Notes under the pieces: generated by a model
Databases searched by the model: none
The model's input: only the letters and a program-made list of their open reading frames with translations
Told to the model about the DNA's origin: nothing
NCBI GenBank assembly: GCA_964016885.1
Contig: OZ024741.1
Span: 135,718,001-135,782,000 of the forward strand
Length of the DNA: 64,000 bases
Direction of reading: 5' to 3'
DNA from: Eledone cirrhosa
Lineage: Eukaryota
Translations under genes and position numbers: made by a program
Shown: piece by piece, positions 44,572 to 59,056 of the stretch
Layout of the letters: every line of letters starts with the position of its first letter
Numbering within the stretch: position 1 is the stretch's first letter

Positions 44572-44696
44572 AAGATTCAGTGAGAATCGCATTTTCGGTG
44601 GGCAGGAAAAGCAAACGAAACGCAAAAATCAGAAATGATACTGGCAAAGTGCTCAATAGTTAAAACCCAGAGATAAACAATGTGTTAAGAAGCCAT

Positions 44697-44823
<127 letters not shown>

Positions 44824-44877
44824 TATATATGTATATATATATGCTTTTTCTTGTCATTTTAAAAACTATATATATAC

Positions 44878-44930
<53 letters not shown>

Positions 44931-45420
44931 TAGATAGATATTTATATATATATATGTATATATATATATAGTTTTTAAAATGATAAGAAAAAGGAAAAAG
45001 CACAAATATGCAAAAACACAAAGTTTTATTAGTATCACTCTGCGGACATAAGTCTTTCTTTAGGAAAAGGAGAATTCTAAGAGAGAAAGAAAATGTTGGA
45101 TCATCGGAATTTGGAAAAGGTTTTTAAGAAGGCTGGGGGTGGTAGGTGAGTGGTTCGGCATTCGTGAATGGGGGCAAGGTGAAATGTCCAGGTGTGTCAT
45201 TGGTGTTGATTTGTGTGTGCAGATGGGGTGCATTTCATAGGTAGGCATTATTCTTTCTGTCAGTGTGTTTGGTTAGTGTACCGTTGATGGAATTTTTTGT
45301 GTAGAATTCTTTTTGTGTGAGGAAATGTGTGTATGTTTTCAGTGAGTGTTTGATTGTGTTTGATTGTGAGTTTTTGTATTATTTGTGTGTGCGTGACCGT
45401 GCACGTGTATATATATATAT

Positions 45421-46374
45421 ATAATTCAAAGGGGTATATATATATATATATACATAATTAGACATAGTCACAGATACATATATGGGTGTGGCTACCTTTG
45501 ACAGTGTGGCTCAATGAAGAATTTATTAAGCAAATAATCATTAATCAGAGCTATATATAAAATTGCAAGTTTGAAGAACTATTAGATAACATATATACAG
45601 TATTTCCTCTCCTAGTCCGTATAAATTAACCACATAAAAAATCATTTAAACGAGGCTATAAGTTTAAAATGTAACTAGGGAGAAATAATAGACAAATGAT
45701 ACAGACTATCTTCCGCGATGTACAGCCATATAAAATTTATCCAGTTATTTATTTTAGCCTGTAGAAATTGACTAGACAAATAATTAACTACACGGAGTTA
45801 GGTACAAAATAGAAGTTTGGAGAAAATATGCATATAAACTTTACCAAAATTTCTCTAGTCCCGACCCCCGGAGGTTTCGTTCCATTTTTTGGATATACCC
45901 GATCTTGGACTTATCCATGAGGCTTGGAACTCATCAGGAGACACCACAATCTGAACTAAGTTTTCTACACCATGATCCCCTCCAGAAATGAATTCAAAAT
46001 GTTTAAGAACCATAACGTGACCAGCGGTGAAGGCAGAAGATTTGTGATTAGTGCCTGTCGGTGAGTAGGGTGGTTGCTAGAAAGCGCAGCCGGATACTGC
46101 CTAAAGTTTTACTCAACCTTACGGGAGTATATATTAAATTCAAATGGGTATATATATATATATAATTAGACATAGTCACAGATACATATATGAGTTTGGC
46201 TACGTTTATATGGCTGTATATCGCGGAAGATAGTCTGTATCATTTGTCTATTATTTCTCCATAGTTACATTTTAAACTTATAGCCTCGTTTAAATCATTT
46301 TTTATGTGGTTGATTTATACGGACTAGGAGAGGAAATACTGTATATATTTTATTTAATAGTTCTTCAAACTTGC

Positions 46375-46385
<11 letters not shown>
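45421..46385 (-). mobile_element. Composite Penelope-like insertion with inverted ~180 bp repeats (45553-45734 / 46204-46385), direct ~70 bp repeats (45421-45495 / 46136-46203) and an internal hammerhead
   Basis: Repeats are directly alignable; flanked by (TA)n. Confidence 0.7.
45858..45942 (-). ncRNA. Type I hammerhead ribozyme with extended loop 2, intact GUC site
   Basis: GTCTC-CTGATGA-GTTCCA[...tggata...tatcca...]TGGAAC-GAAA-CCTCCGGGGG-TC-GGGAC. Confidence 0.85.
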
Positions 46386-46410
<25 letters not shown>

Positions 46411-46417
<7 letters not shown>

Positions 46418-46631
46418 TAACAAATTAAAGTTTAAGCAAAGAATCGCTGCTTTCACCCTTAACGGGATCTTCTGTTTTCAGAAGATCCCGTTAAGGGTGA
46501 AAGCAGCGATTCTTTGCTTAAACTTTAATCTGTTATTTTAATAAATATTTTCTCTACGGTTCTTATATATTTGATATATATTTATCCTTATCGAGCCCTC
46601 TTTGGATTTTAGTCTTCAAATTTATTATTAT

Positions 46632-46636
<5 letters not shown>
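46411..46636 (+). mobile_element. Fold-back element (arms 46411-46474 / 46479-46542) plus tail, with a degenerate hammerhead
   Basis: CAGAAGA-tCCC gttaa GGGt-GAAA; flanked by (TA)n. Confidence 0.65.
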
Positions 46637-46677
<41 letters not shown>

Positions 46678-47288
46678 GGGTGTGTCTGTGAATTATTTTG
46701 TGTCTTAAGTGTGTATGTGTGTGCATGTTCGTGTGTGTATATGTTTATGTGTGGCTTTTTGCGTAGCTTTTGTGTATGTATGTTCACGTGTGTATATGTG
46801 TATGTTTTGTATGCGTGTGTGAGTATATATCTTTATGTATGTGTGCGGTTATGTGTGACTCCACATGTCTGTCTGAGTTTTTTGTATTGTTTGTGTGTGC
46901 GTGAGTGCGCACTTTCTTGTGTGTGAATATCTACACGTGTGTCTGAATTTTTGTGTTTTGTTTTTAGTAATGTATGTGCATGTATGTGCATGTGTGTATA
47001 CCGTGTGTATGTTTATGTATACAGTATATGTGTCTTTTTGTCCTGCAGGGTGTCCAAAATCACCCTCCTCACCAAGTAAACTTGGTGGGGTTGCCAGTTT
47101 AAGCGCCGACGACCCGACCATACTACAGGTTGTACTGGTTTACATGTTACCAGTAGCACTCAAGAGTGACCTGACATAACTTGACAAAGGGTGGAAGAAC
47201 TCATAAGAGTCAACGGCCATCCAAAATTGTGTAAATATGTATATATACACATGTACGTATGTGTATGTATATGCGTGTGTATATGCCT

Positions 47289-48010
47289 GGGGTGTTAGGG
47301 AGGGGCATTTACTTCTGTAGGGAGGGCTAGCCATGCCCTTTTCAGGACAGCTCGTCCTGCATTGGGTCCCACCTGACACTCAGCTCTAACCTGTGGCCCC
47401 AAGAAGCTGTACCATGCGACAGCGGCGACACCCCGGTAAACCGCCTTGGCTGGCGGGTGGAACCAGGTTGAGGGTAGCCGGATGGGTCTGAAACCCCCCG
47501 GTGAGTTAGATAGGGGATGCCTGCTCATACATGCGAAGACTGGACCCGGCGAAGTGAGTGGATGAGGACAACATCGTCCCAACAGTCACAAAGGCGGCGA
47601 CAGCAAGCGGTGTGGAGCGCTAGGGCACGGCAAGGCACTGCAGACGTCGTGGCCATCCACTGCAGCCAAGGAAGCTCTGGTCGTGACGGTCCTCCGTACC
47701 ACCGGATTCTGGCTTCTGCGGCCGAGTGAGTGGGACCGTCACTGTGCACTGGCCCTCCCACTATAAACCTTTCCCGCACAGGTTTCTACTTTAGCGTGCA
47801 CTCCCAAAGCTCTGCGGCAATGGGCGAGAGGTGGAGGTAACAGGTGGAGGTAGCCTCTGGGAGTTGCCAGTCTGACTCCAGTCTCTTCCCCTGTTCCCAC
47901 TGTCCCCGGACCTGCAAGTCAAGGATCGGCCTCCACAGCCACCTTTGTGCCCACGGCAGACGGGAACAACAATAAAGAAGATGTCATCCTCGTTTACGAT
48001 GGACAACCAA
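47289..48010 (+). mobile_element. GC-rich 5' region of a probable RTE-clade LINE, beginning with an HDV-like ribozyme fold
   Basis: Abrupt GC-rich block with a pseudoknot pairing pattern at its start; clade assignment is from recall of similar 5' UTRs, not verified. Confidence 0.45.
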
Positions 48011-49399
48011 GAAGAAGCTATGTGTCTATATTTACGTTTTTGTCTCTGTTTAAGTCTCTAAATATAGCGGATTGACAAAAATTAATCGATAAAATTCCTA
48101 TCCGTTGAAGTGATATATAAGTACTGCATCGATATGATCAACATTAAAGCGGTGCTCCAGCATGGTCGCACTCCAATAGCAGAAATGTAAAAGAATAAAT
48201 ATACTAACGCCAAATGCTTGGAAACAATTATTTTCTTCTGGATATATCAACTCTATATCTACTACCTCTTCCTGTAATAAAAAATAAACTATTTACCAAA
48301 GCCCTCCTTCTTTTCCAGCACTATAAACCTTTTGGAATATCCCTCTCTGTATATCTTCACCAACCACTAACCATCAAATGTGAAATATTGCTTCAGAATG
48401 CATTATGGACGCATGAAATTATCATGACGATATACCATGTAAATTTCATTATAGAAAAGAACCCAAATCTTATTAATGCAGTTCGGACAATACTTTAAAG
48501 CAGACAATCTTCCAGGAACCATTACAATAGAAATAGCTATCTCTAAAACCGGGAAGCAAGGATGTTGAATGCGAATCTGAATGTTACTGCTGTTCGAAGA
48601 AATAAATGCAAAGTGGATTTTTTTCTTTCTTGAGATAAAACCATATTTTTATATTAATATTGCTCACCATTAAATAGTCGTTTGATCTTCCTCTTTTTTC
48701 TGATGTATGTAAGGGTCGACTTGAAGACATATGTAAAGTTGCAGTTTGGCAGTTATGAAAGGGACATAAGAATTGAAGAATGTAGATAAAATGAATAATG
48801 TTCCCAAGCAACAGACTGACGTTTGCTAGTAAAATATAATAGGAAAGTCGAGATAATGTACTTTTACAGACGATTTCATTCGAGGAGGTTTTGAGTTCAA
48901 AGAAGTTTCCTTGACTACTATAGGAATGGTATGATACTTGTGTTAGGTTACACATAATTCAGCTAGAAGGTGCTTAGCAAGCGAACAAGCAAGTAGTTTT
49001 TAATACAAGACATTACTTATATAAGGCGAAGAAGCAGATTCGGTGAAACGTAGGATAAATTGCTCTGCGGTGTTTGTTCCGCCTGCTTGCGCTTTCAATT
49101 CAAATCCCGCCGAGAGCAGCATTTCTTTCTATCCTTTCGACGTCGTAAAATACAATACCAGTTCAATACTGAGGTCAATTCCTTTCTCTATATACCTTTC
49201 TTGCTTATGTAATTTGGCACAGATGGTTTAAATATATGATGTACACTTTTGTCCCTCTCGCTCTCCAAAGACAATCCACATACTATACAATCAGACATAT
49301 TCCTTCAGTTATTTTTGAGCTCACCCCGCCACACAATCCTTCACTCACTCACATTCGCATATCTCTAAATTGATTTTAAAATATTTCATGTGGGAATGT

Positions 49400-50235
49400 T
49401 TTGACTGGTAATTTATTTTGGCGACTCCGACGGGATTTGAACTCAAAATGTAAAGAATCAGAAACACAATTACAAAGCACTGATTCTACTAAATTATGAT
49501 TTCTTGTTTAGCTACAAAGGCCAATGATTTTGGAGGAGGGGAAGTCGATTAAATCGATCCCAGTAGTAACTGGTACTTTACTTTTTATCGATCCCGTAAA
49601 GATGAAAAGTAAAGTTGATCTCGACTGGATTTGAACTCAGATCGTAAAGAGTTATATCTAACTACCACGAGCAATTTTTCCGACGCTCTACCGATACTGC
49701 AAATCCATCGCTCTGATAATGGTAATGACGAGGATGAGAATAATAAACACAGCCTCTCTTGGAACGCTAAGAAAACAATCACTGTTAATTGCTTTGTGGC
49801 GTGTAGTTACGGCTCTTTACGTACTGAGTTTAAATCCCGCCGAGGTTAACTTTGCAGGATCGATAAAATAAAGTACGAGTAACGTACTGGTTCGATTTAA
49901 TCGACCCCTTGGCACGGGGCTTATATAAGAAACCATTATTAATTGCTTTCGCCAAGGTAAACTTTGCCTTTCATCCTTACGGGGTCGATGAAATAAAGTA
50001 CCAGTAATGCACTGGGTAATTGCTGGCCTTGTGCCTAAAGTAGAAACAATTATTAATTGCTTTGCGGCATATATTTACAGCGTGTTACGCTCTGAGTACA
50101 AATCCAGCCGTACAAATTCATCCTTGTGGGCTCGATAAAAGAAAATACCAGTAACGCACTGGAGTCGATTTAATCGATTTCCCCTTCTCTTCAAATTGCT
50201 GGCATTTTTGCCAAATGTAGAAAGAATTATTAATT
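49400..50235. mobile_element. Cluster of 5-6 family A SINE copies/fragments in both orientations
   Basis: Repeated GTCGATAAAATAAAGTACCAGTAA core. Confidence 0.8.
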
Positions 50236-50684
50236 GTTTTGATATAGTTGCAAAGATATATTCTTCGATTGAAGTTGATGGATGGCATAATGAAGTTTCA
50301 TGCTTTATTAACTGCATTAACCCTTCTCTTCCGTGTTAATATATTTTTAATGTTGTTTATGATTTTACATCGCATTTTCCACCCACTCATATCATCCAGG
50401 TATATATGTAATTCCTGTGGTATACATTTTTGCATATATATATATACGTATATATGCTTTGGTATATGCTTTTACATATATATATATACGTGTATGTACT
50501 TGCTTATATATTTATATAAGCGTGTATAAGTACATGAGCATATACATGTGCATAAACACGTGTATAAGCGTATGTTTATAAACATATATACACACGTATA
50601 TGCACTTACATATGTATTCATTCATAAATAAGTTATGTCATATATATTAAGCTTAGCAGGTTTTACATTTATAGCAAGCATATT

Positions 50685-51000
50685 CCTTTACTGGTTTTCA
50701 GCCATTGGGCTGCGATCATGCTGGGGCACCACTGCTTTGATCATGTTGACGCCAGTATTTATTTCTGAGAGACTATTACTTATTTTAACAATCTTTAGTT
50801 GTTGAAACCCTGATTTATGGGATATCCATACAAAGATACAAATACAGACACATATAAACATGACGAGTTTCAGAAGTTTCTGCCTACCAAATTCCTCTTA
50901 TACATCAATTATTGATCCACGATTACAGAAGAATGCATTTGCCACAGGTGCCAAGAGGCAGGATAGAACCCACAACCACATGGTTGCGAGGTGTGTTTGT
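50685..51000 (+). mobile_element. SINE family C, old copy; fragments also at ~20390-20530, ~48060-48200, ~51270-51315 and ~63280-63335
   Basis: Recurrent CAGCCATT.GGCTG.GGCCATGCTGGGGCA end motif. Confidence 0.6.
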
Positions 51001-51517
51001 TAACTACAATAAATTTAGTGGTAAAAAACTGTCAGGAGTGCTGGACAGCAGAAAGTGTTTAGAGAAGAAACCCCACTCAAGCAAGTGTTTCGGCCTTTAA
51101 TTTCTAATATATAACGTTATATTAGATTATATTCAGACAAAATAAGGAAGAAATGGACTCTAGAAATTGAAGCAAAGAGGTTATTTCCTTATTAACCCCA
51201 TTAACTGTTTGGTACTGTATTTTCAACAGTCTCTTCTCCTGTGGTTTCCATATTAATTTACTCTCATGTTCTTTCACCTGTTCAAGCCAATGGGCTGGGG
51301 TCGTGCTGGGGCACGATATTTGGATATTATAGAAATATCTACTTCTAGCATATCGACTCTGTATCGCTAGGAAACGACATGAGAAAATCTCTCTCTCACT
51401 GTCTTTCTCTCTCTCTTTCTCGCTCTCTCTCTCTGATATATATACCCCCCCCCCCCCCACACACATATATATAAATACACACACATATAACGGACATTAA
51501 TATTATTATTATTATAA

Positions 51518-51705
51518 TGGTGGATTGGCAGTATCGGTAGAGGGTCGGACGCCATGCTTTCCAGCATAGTTACGTCCCTTTACGTTCATAGTTCAAATCC
51601 CGCCGAGGTTGACTTTCCCTCTCATCCTTACGGGGTCGATAAAATAAAGTACCAGTAATGCACTGGGTAATTGCTGGCCTTGTGCCTAAAGTAGAAACAA
51701 TTATT
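51518..51705 (+). mobile_element. Family A SINE, young copy
   Basis: Near-identical to 55501-55695; (ATT)n tail. Confidence 0.9.
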
Positions 51706-51885
51706 ATTATTATTATTATTCCTTATTAATTAATGTTAACACTCTTTATTCTTTACATTAAACTGCAACTAATGTTGACACTCTTTAACTAACGTCTTCC
51801 ATGTGAAATTTGTGGTCTTGATTTGCTTAAATAATGAATATACATATATATGTGTGTGTGTGTAATTTTTTTTAGGCTAAAAAAT

Positions 51886-51945
<60 letters not shown>

Positions 51946-53096
51946 GTGTGTGTGTTTAGCACGTCAATATTCAGCAGACAACCTATATTTTTACGCAGAA
52001 ATATTTTTATTTCCTTAACCAATACGATGCTTCATGCTGACTATATTAACCATTAACGCATTGTCCCTTATGAAACTGCATTAGCAAGGCATTCTTAAAA
52101 CCTACATAAAAACATTAAAACCACATCACATAAACAATTATTTATTCCAATAGTGCAAATTTTCATAAAGATAAGTCCAATTGTAAAGCGTTATATACAT
52201 CTGAATATAAAAAATTCACATGATCCTACATTAGCAATACATTTTTGAAAATATAAAACACTATTATTATCGCATCACATTAACAATTAATACTCCAATA
52301 CTGCAGATTTTCACAAGTAAACATACTATAAACATTTGGATTAACAAACAAGTTTTAAAATATTTTCTGTCAAACCAATACCGGTTAAGTGTTCAATAAA
52401 TTGACACTAGCTTAACTGATGATTTAAAAGTGGATGGCGTCTCAGATTTAGATTACTCTATGTTTTTGTTTTTTTTTATATACTATACTGCTATTGTACG
52501 CTTACTTGTATTTACTCTGTCTCTCTGTGTATCTCTCTTTCATCACTACTTCGGCATGTCCTACGAAGTGTAAGATTCGCTAATGAAGTTTTATAAGCCA
52601 GAAACATATTCTTAATGGTCTACTATAGCTGCTGAAATTCTTAAAACAATATAAATGTAGTTGACAGGCAGAATTGTTAGAGCGTCGGTTATCGATCTTA
52701 CTGTTTGCACTCTGAGTTCAAAATATGCTTTGGTGAACCTCGGTTTTCATCTCTGCTGGGCCAATAAATTAATAAATTTCTGGGGAAAAACTGAATTGAT
52801 GTAATTTGCTTTCACTAACTCCCAAATTACTGACTTTTTGCTTTTATTAGGAACTCTTAGTTAAATATCATAAGACAAAGTGTTAATAGTGTATTTTTTC
52901 TTCTTCCACGTAATTAATTTCTATGAGATTCTTGACGCCTGTAAGAATTTAATATAGACGGTTGATTAGCAATATCATTCCAACGTCGGAAAAAATGCTT
53001 TGTGGTAATCGTGCCGAGGTCAATTGTGTTGAGGTCAACCTTGCCTTTCAAACTTTCGAATTCCATAAATAAAGTAGCAAACCTATACCGGAATTG

Positions 53097-53199
<103 letters not shown>

Positions 53200-53620
53200 A
53201 TATATATCTATCTATCTATCTATTTATATATCTATCTCCCCCCTCTCTCTTTCTACCTCTGCTTCATACCTTGGGAGGGATAGGCTTAGCCAGGTTTTAA
53301 ATTCTCAAGACACGTTGTATATTGGAACGGTGTCTCTGTGACACGACCAACAGTTCCGGGGCTATGTAAGAGTATAGTAAGCCATAACACTCTAATAAGT
53401 TATCTCTAAGGTAACTCTAATACAGCTGACAATTTTTCCTTTTCTGTAATTGTTTATATTCAATCTACAATAGATATATTGTGTCATCTTTTTTTTCCTT
53501 GAATTATAACCTGTTCCGTTACGAAGCATCTTTTGTTTGACGTGACAACCGTTCTTGACGTTACCAAGAGGAAATGGTGAAAAAATTATTCTTCATTTGT
53601 CTATTTTCAATGAAAAAGGT

Positions 53621-53682
<62 letters not shown>

Positions 53683-55500
53683 TAATATGGATGTGTATAT
53701 CTCTCTCTGTGTGACTGTGTGTGTATTCTTGTCACTACGAAGTAGAAATTGGAAAAAAAAATGATTCTTCATTTGTCTATTTTTATTGAAAGAGGTGTTA
53801 GTGTGTGTTTGACTGTGTCACTATGTGTCACTGTATGTGTGCGTGTCTGTATGTGTGTGTACCTTTGTATCTGTATGTGCGTGCCTATGTGAGCTTTTGT
53901 TTGTATGTTCATGTGTATATCTCTGTATATTCATATGTCTATCTGTGTGTGTGTGTGTATCTATGTCTTTACATGGGTAGGCATGTGAACGGAGGATGTA
54001 AATAAATTTTTGTGTATGTATTTTGATCGAAGGATGCGTTAGTTGTTTGTGTGAATGTGTGTATAAGTATATTTGTGTGTGTGTATGTGTGTGTGTGCGA
54101 ATAAGTTTTTTGTGTGTATTTGTCTGTGTGTATGTGTATCGTCGGTTAACAGTGGAGTGATGTTAATAATTTATTTTTTTTATTTATCTTGCTTACAAGC
54201 CAGTCGTGTAGCTTTGCTATTAATTGTGATCTACTATTTGAAATTTAAGCTGAGCTGCATTGCAACCAATTCAACGATTCATATGGTTGCTACTTGTTCA
54301 TATTAATTTTAATTTCGCTTACATATAAACGCAGACAATAAAACCCACCGTACACCTAGTTCTAAACGTTTATTCTCAGTCTTTTTTTCATGAACACAAA
54401 ACGTATTGATATTTACATGTTAAATGTGCCTATAGTATTGGAGAATTGCATGGCATACCCCCCCCCCCGTTTAACTTTTAGGTGGCTTTGTCAGGGCAAG
54501 TAGGTCAGCGCCCATAATGGTTTTAGTGCTTCCGAGACATGGGTGGCTGGAAGGAAATTATATTTTGGTATTTTATATTCCAGATTATATTCAGTATAAA
54601 AGAAGTTTTATAACGAATGCTTGCAAATTGTTGGACTTCGTTAAATACACTCGTGGTTCAGGTGGTAGTGATACACCGAGTGACACGGAGTTTCCTTCAA
54701 GTAGATTTCACTCATATGTCTTTATGTATCGTCTCTTGACTTTTAATTCCAAACTTTCATGTATGACTCCCGTATCAAAAATGAAGGTGCCACTGAAAGG
54801 TTTTCTCTTTGAGAGCCGAAAATACATCATGCGCATTGTGAAGGTGTAGCTCAGAACCATTCTGAAAGAATGCAGGATTGCATACCTCAATACCCCAAAT
54901 TTCGGGAGGTTAACAGCCTGGACAATTCTTCCGTATGCTGCTACAATCGTCAACGATATGTTGGATTCTAGGGATCTCGGAGAGAGAGAGACCTGTATTA
55001 TACAGTCCTCAGATTAATGCAACTCAATGATCTGTTCAGATCTGAGCTTGATGGCTGTCTACAGACTTCTGATAATGAAAACTTTCCCATCGAGCTGTAA
55101 GCCAGTAATGACTCTCCCCTTCATTTCCGTCCTTCTCTCTAGCAATCCAATAACACACCTGACAAACATATGAATATATATTTTTAGTTATTCTCTTTTC
55201 TGGAATACCAGCAAACCCTTTATTTATAAAAAAAAAACACTATTAAAGGGAACAAAGCAGAAATGAAATGAGAGGGAGAAAAAGAAAAAAATAATCAAGC
55301 AATGAAAGAAAGGGAGCACAAACCTATGAAGTAGTACAGAAACATTATTGTAGAGGATAAGCTTAATCTTGAGGTTATTTCGTTGCTGTTTCTTGCAGGT
55401 TCAGCAATCAAATAAGACTACCTTCCAATTGGCCATAGATAGATATCGGTGGTATAAACGCTTAACTAATTGTTCTGTAACTAATAAACCTTTATTATAT

Positions 55501-55695
55501 TAAGGGCGGTGGATTGGCAGTATCGGTAGAGGGTCGGACGCCATGCTTTCCAGCATAGAAACGTCCCTTTTCGATCTGAGTTCAAATCCCGCCGAGGTTG
55601 ACTTTGCCTTTCATCCTTACGGGGTCGATAAAATAAAGTACCAGTAATGCACTGGATAATTGCTGGCCTTGTGCCTAAAGTAGAAACAATTATAT
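55501..55695 (+). mobile_element. Family A tRNA-derived SINE, full length
   Basis: A-box-like TGGCAGTATCGGTAGAG, B-box-like GAGTTCAAATCCC, body GCCTTTCATCCTTACGGGGTCGATAAAATAAAGTACCAG; roughly 20 copies in the window. Confidence 0.9.
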
Positions 55696-55749
55696 TAAGT
55701 AGACACAAACATTCTTGTAACGCTAAACTCCGCCTATTGCAGACTGCGC

Positions 55750-56450
55750 ATTAACATGTGATATCTCTCTCTACAAAGTTCGATCACCAGCAGCAGAGTT
55801 CAAAGAGAAAAGATCAAGTCCAGTCCATAAGTTGACATTGTTAAGCCATCGTTTTGGCTGCCGGCCTCTGCTTTCCTACCAGCCAACCTTCCTTCCAGGC
55901 ATAACCTACTCACATCACGAGTTGATCTTTTTATATAGCCGTATATTTTGAGTACTTTTGACTTGACAATTGATGTGATTGATCTAAGTTTGATAATGTT
56001 CAGCAGCTCACTGATACAGATACGGTTGCTGAGGCATTTGCCAGTCATAAGTCTCATGATGTGGTTCTGGAATGTAGAGCGCTTCTGAAGTGACCTTGTC
56101 GTTCAATTAACACAGTCAAGACCATATAACACAAATGGTAGGATATAAGGACACAAACGTTGTGCTAACGTATATCCTTGTGTGCAGCAGTACCATTGAA
56201 ATATTTGATCTCGGCATTCGCATTGACACACTATGTGTATCTAGGTGGAAATAGAGACGCTGTATCACTGGGTGTCGTAAGAGGCAACTAATACTGTTGA
56301 TGACATGAAGAAGATATGGTTTGAAAAACATTGACAAAAATGGGCCTCATGATAAATATGAAACGAGTCATGGATTCTGGAAAGCTAACTCCTCTTTAGC
56401 TGGGAAATATCCAAAAATGCTTGCGGTCTCGATGATATAGCCGTGACACT
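55750..56450 (-). pseudogene. Decayed RTE-clade LINE 3' end
   Basis: IVKSKVLKIYGYIKR...LCLEGRLAGRK and frameshifted GRQPKRWLNNV..WTGL, the RTE C-terminal pattern. Confidence 0.65.
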
Positions 56451-56696
56451 AATCTGTGGCATCTTAATAACGATTACAGATGGACCAATCAACAACAAGT
56501 ATTTAAAACGTTACCAAAATGATTGAAACACATTCCAAGTTGTGATGAAAAAATATTGAACGGTGTTTCTATATTTTGAATAATATAATAATGTATAGTA
56601 AACAGTAAACACAACCATAAGAAAAAACTCGAGGATAACTATGAAAAATAGATAATTAGATTATGTATTTCCAGCTCTATTTCTATTTCTTCTCTG

Positions 56697-56826
<130 letters not shown>

Positions 56827-56995
56827 GTGTGAGTGTGTGTGTGTGTGTGTTTATGTGTGTATCTGGATATATATATATATATATGTGTGCATTTGTGTTT
56901 GTGTTGTAATTTCTTTAACTATATATATATATATATACATACACACACACACACACACGCACGCCCACACACACACACACACACACACGCACGCC

Positions 56996-57057
<62 letters not shown>

Positions 57058-59056
57058 TATATACATATATGTATATATATATGTGTGTGTGTGTTATTTT
57101 GCAGTAATATGATAACCATTTTTATCAAAATAATTTTAGTAATATTTTATGTTATATATAGTTGTTGTTTCTTTGTTCAGCCTGTAGTAGCAATGCATCA
57201 CTTTATTTGACTCTTCCGATATTTCTGTAGGGAATACAAGCATGTTAAGTTACCTACTTGGTGTATTTTTAACACGGACGTCATTGATGCATAAATGATA
57301 TATGTTATCAGTTATTCACCAGTACCTGCTTTGATTATCTCCCCCTTACTTCTCTCCAAACCCCAACCCAAATAGGTTTCATCGAAATAAACCATCTGTG
57401 TACAAATGCCACTGTGTGTTTCACCAATAGATAAAACTCTAGGGTTGTTTCTCAAACGGTATTTACTCTTTCATTGTATAACTGTTAAATTTCTTCACTT
57501 TGCCAGAATCATTAGAATATCGAATTAAGTACCTCAGTATTTCGTTCGGCTCACATGCTCTTTGAGTTCACATCCCACCGACGTCAACTTCGACTTTCAT
57601 CCTTTTGGAAGTCGATAAAGAAAGTACCAGTCAACTACTAGAGTGGAGTCTTCCTCTATATCTCTTTATTACTTCCTCTCTATCACTTTCTTTCTCTATG
57701 CGTCTCTGAGTACACATACCAAAGAGCTAAATTTGACTTTCATACTTTTTAGAGTCGATAAACAAAGCAGCAGTCCAGTGCAGTCAAGGCCAGGGGCTGG
57801 TCACTTCAATGAATTGTTAAAGAGTCGAAGAGAATGTTTCGTAGTATTCTTTTTTGCTCTAAGCTTTCTGCTTTCAAATTCCACCTCTTATGTCAGGGAT
57901 TTCAACCGACACATAACATCAATAATGAAAGGTATAATGGAAAAAATAATGAAGACATAGTTTATTTGGTCTGATCTGATATATATTCAAGTCATTTTAG
58001 TATCAGTAACGGAAAGACAAATAGAAATATCGTTTCCTTGATACAATCTGATGACCGGTTCCCTAACATTCTTTCACTTTTAGCAATAATACCATTTTCT
58101 GGTTTGAGTAAATTCTCATATCGCACTGATCACACAAATATCTGTCACCGAAGAAAAAGAAAAAAAATCAAAAGAAGAAAAATCCCATTATATTTAAATA
58201 CCATAACAATAAAAAAGGTAATACATTTAGAACAATAGAAATTTATAGCTATGGACAATAACATATGGACAATAAACACTTAAAAGGTGGCTTCTTTCTG
58301 TGACGTTTTTATATTCTAGTGTTTTTTGCCTAAGCAAACCTCTGTCGCATATTTCTGTTATAACTCTCTAATTAGACTAATGCTTTCTTAATTAGGCCAA
58401 ACATTAATCAATCTAATATAAAATCAGGGTTCTTGATGATAGTTATTTCATTGGTTTCTACGATAATCATTTGGCCAGTCGATCAAGACACCCCTTCCCC
58501 TACACTAGACGCCAGTACATCGCAGAGTCAAGCGCCCAGCTATTTCTGGTACTCATTTTCAGCTGAGTATATTGAAGTAACATGAAATGAAGTGTGAAGT
58601 GAAATGTGAAGGCGTGTGTCTTAGTGGTAAGGGTGTTGGACTTACGATCATAATGTCGTGGGTTCGATTCCTGGAATGATTTGTGTGTTGTGTTCTTGAG
58701 CAAAAGCCGTGTTAGAGTGACACAATATTTGACAAGAGTCTTGAATTACTGGTATAATCTATTTAACGTGATTCTTCTCGAGCGATGGTAAAAGCATGTT
58801 GGTAGATGCATCACAGTCCTTACCAATATTACTAACTCCACTAAAGTACATATACTTCCTTATTTTTAGGGTGAAAAAACGTTCATTGTAACGGTTATAT
58901 GGCTGAAGAAGTGAACCTCTTAATCTGATGATACTATCCGTACCCTATCTAGTTCTATGAAATAAATCCACCAATTTTAAAGAGTTCTTCTATAATTTAA
59001 TTCCTTTAACATAACTTGAGAGGAACATCTTGTCATGGGAAAGAAGCCATCCTAAT

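Noticed and set aside
47040-47230. Structured GC-richer block; possible second HDV-like ribozyme on the minus strand
   Set aside because: Could not assign P1 or P3; probably a repeat fragment.
54517-55140. Possible I/Jockey-type ORF1 zinc-knuckle remnant (LKECRIAYLN...CYNRQRY)
   Set aside because: Too degenerate to call without a BLASTX search.
55505-55592. tRNA gene
   Set aside because: The A/B-box-like motifs belong to a multi-copy SINE head; no cloverleaf.
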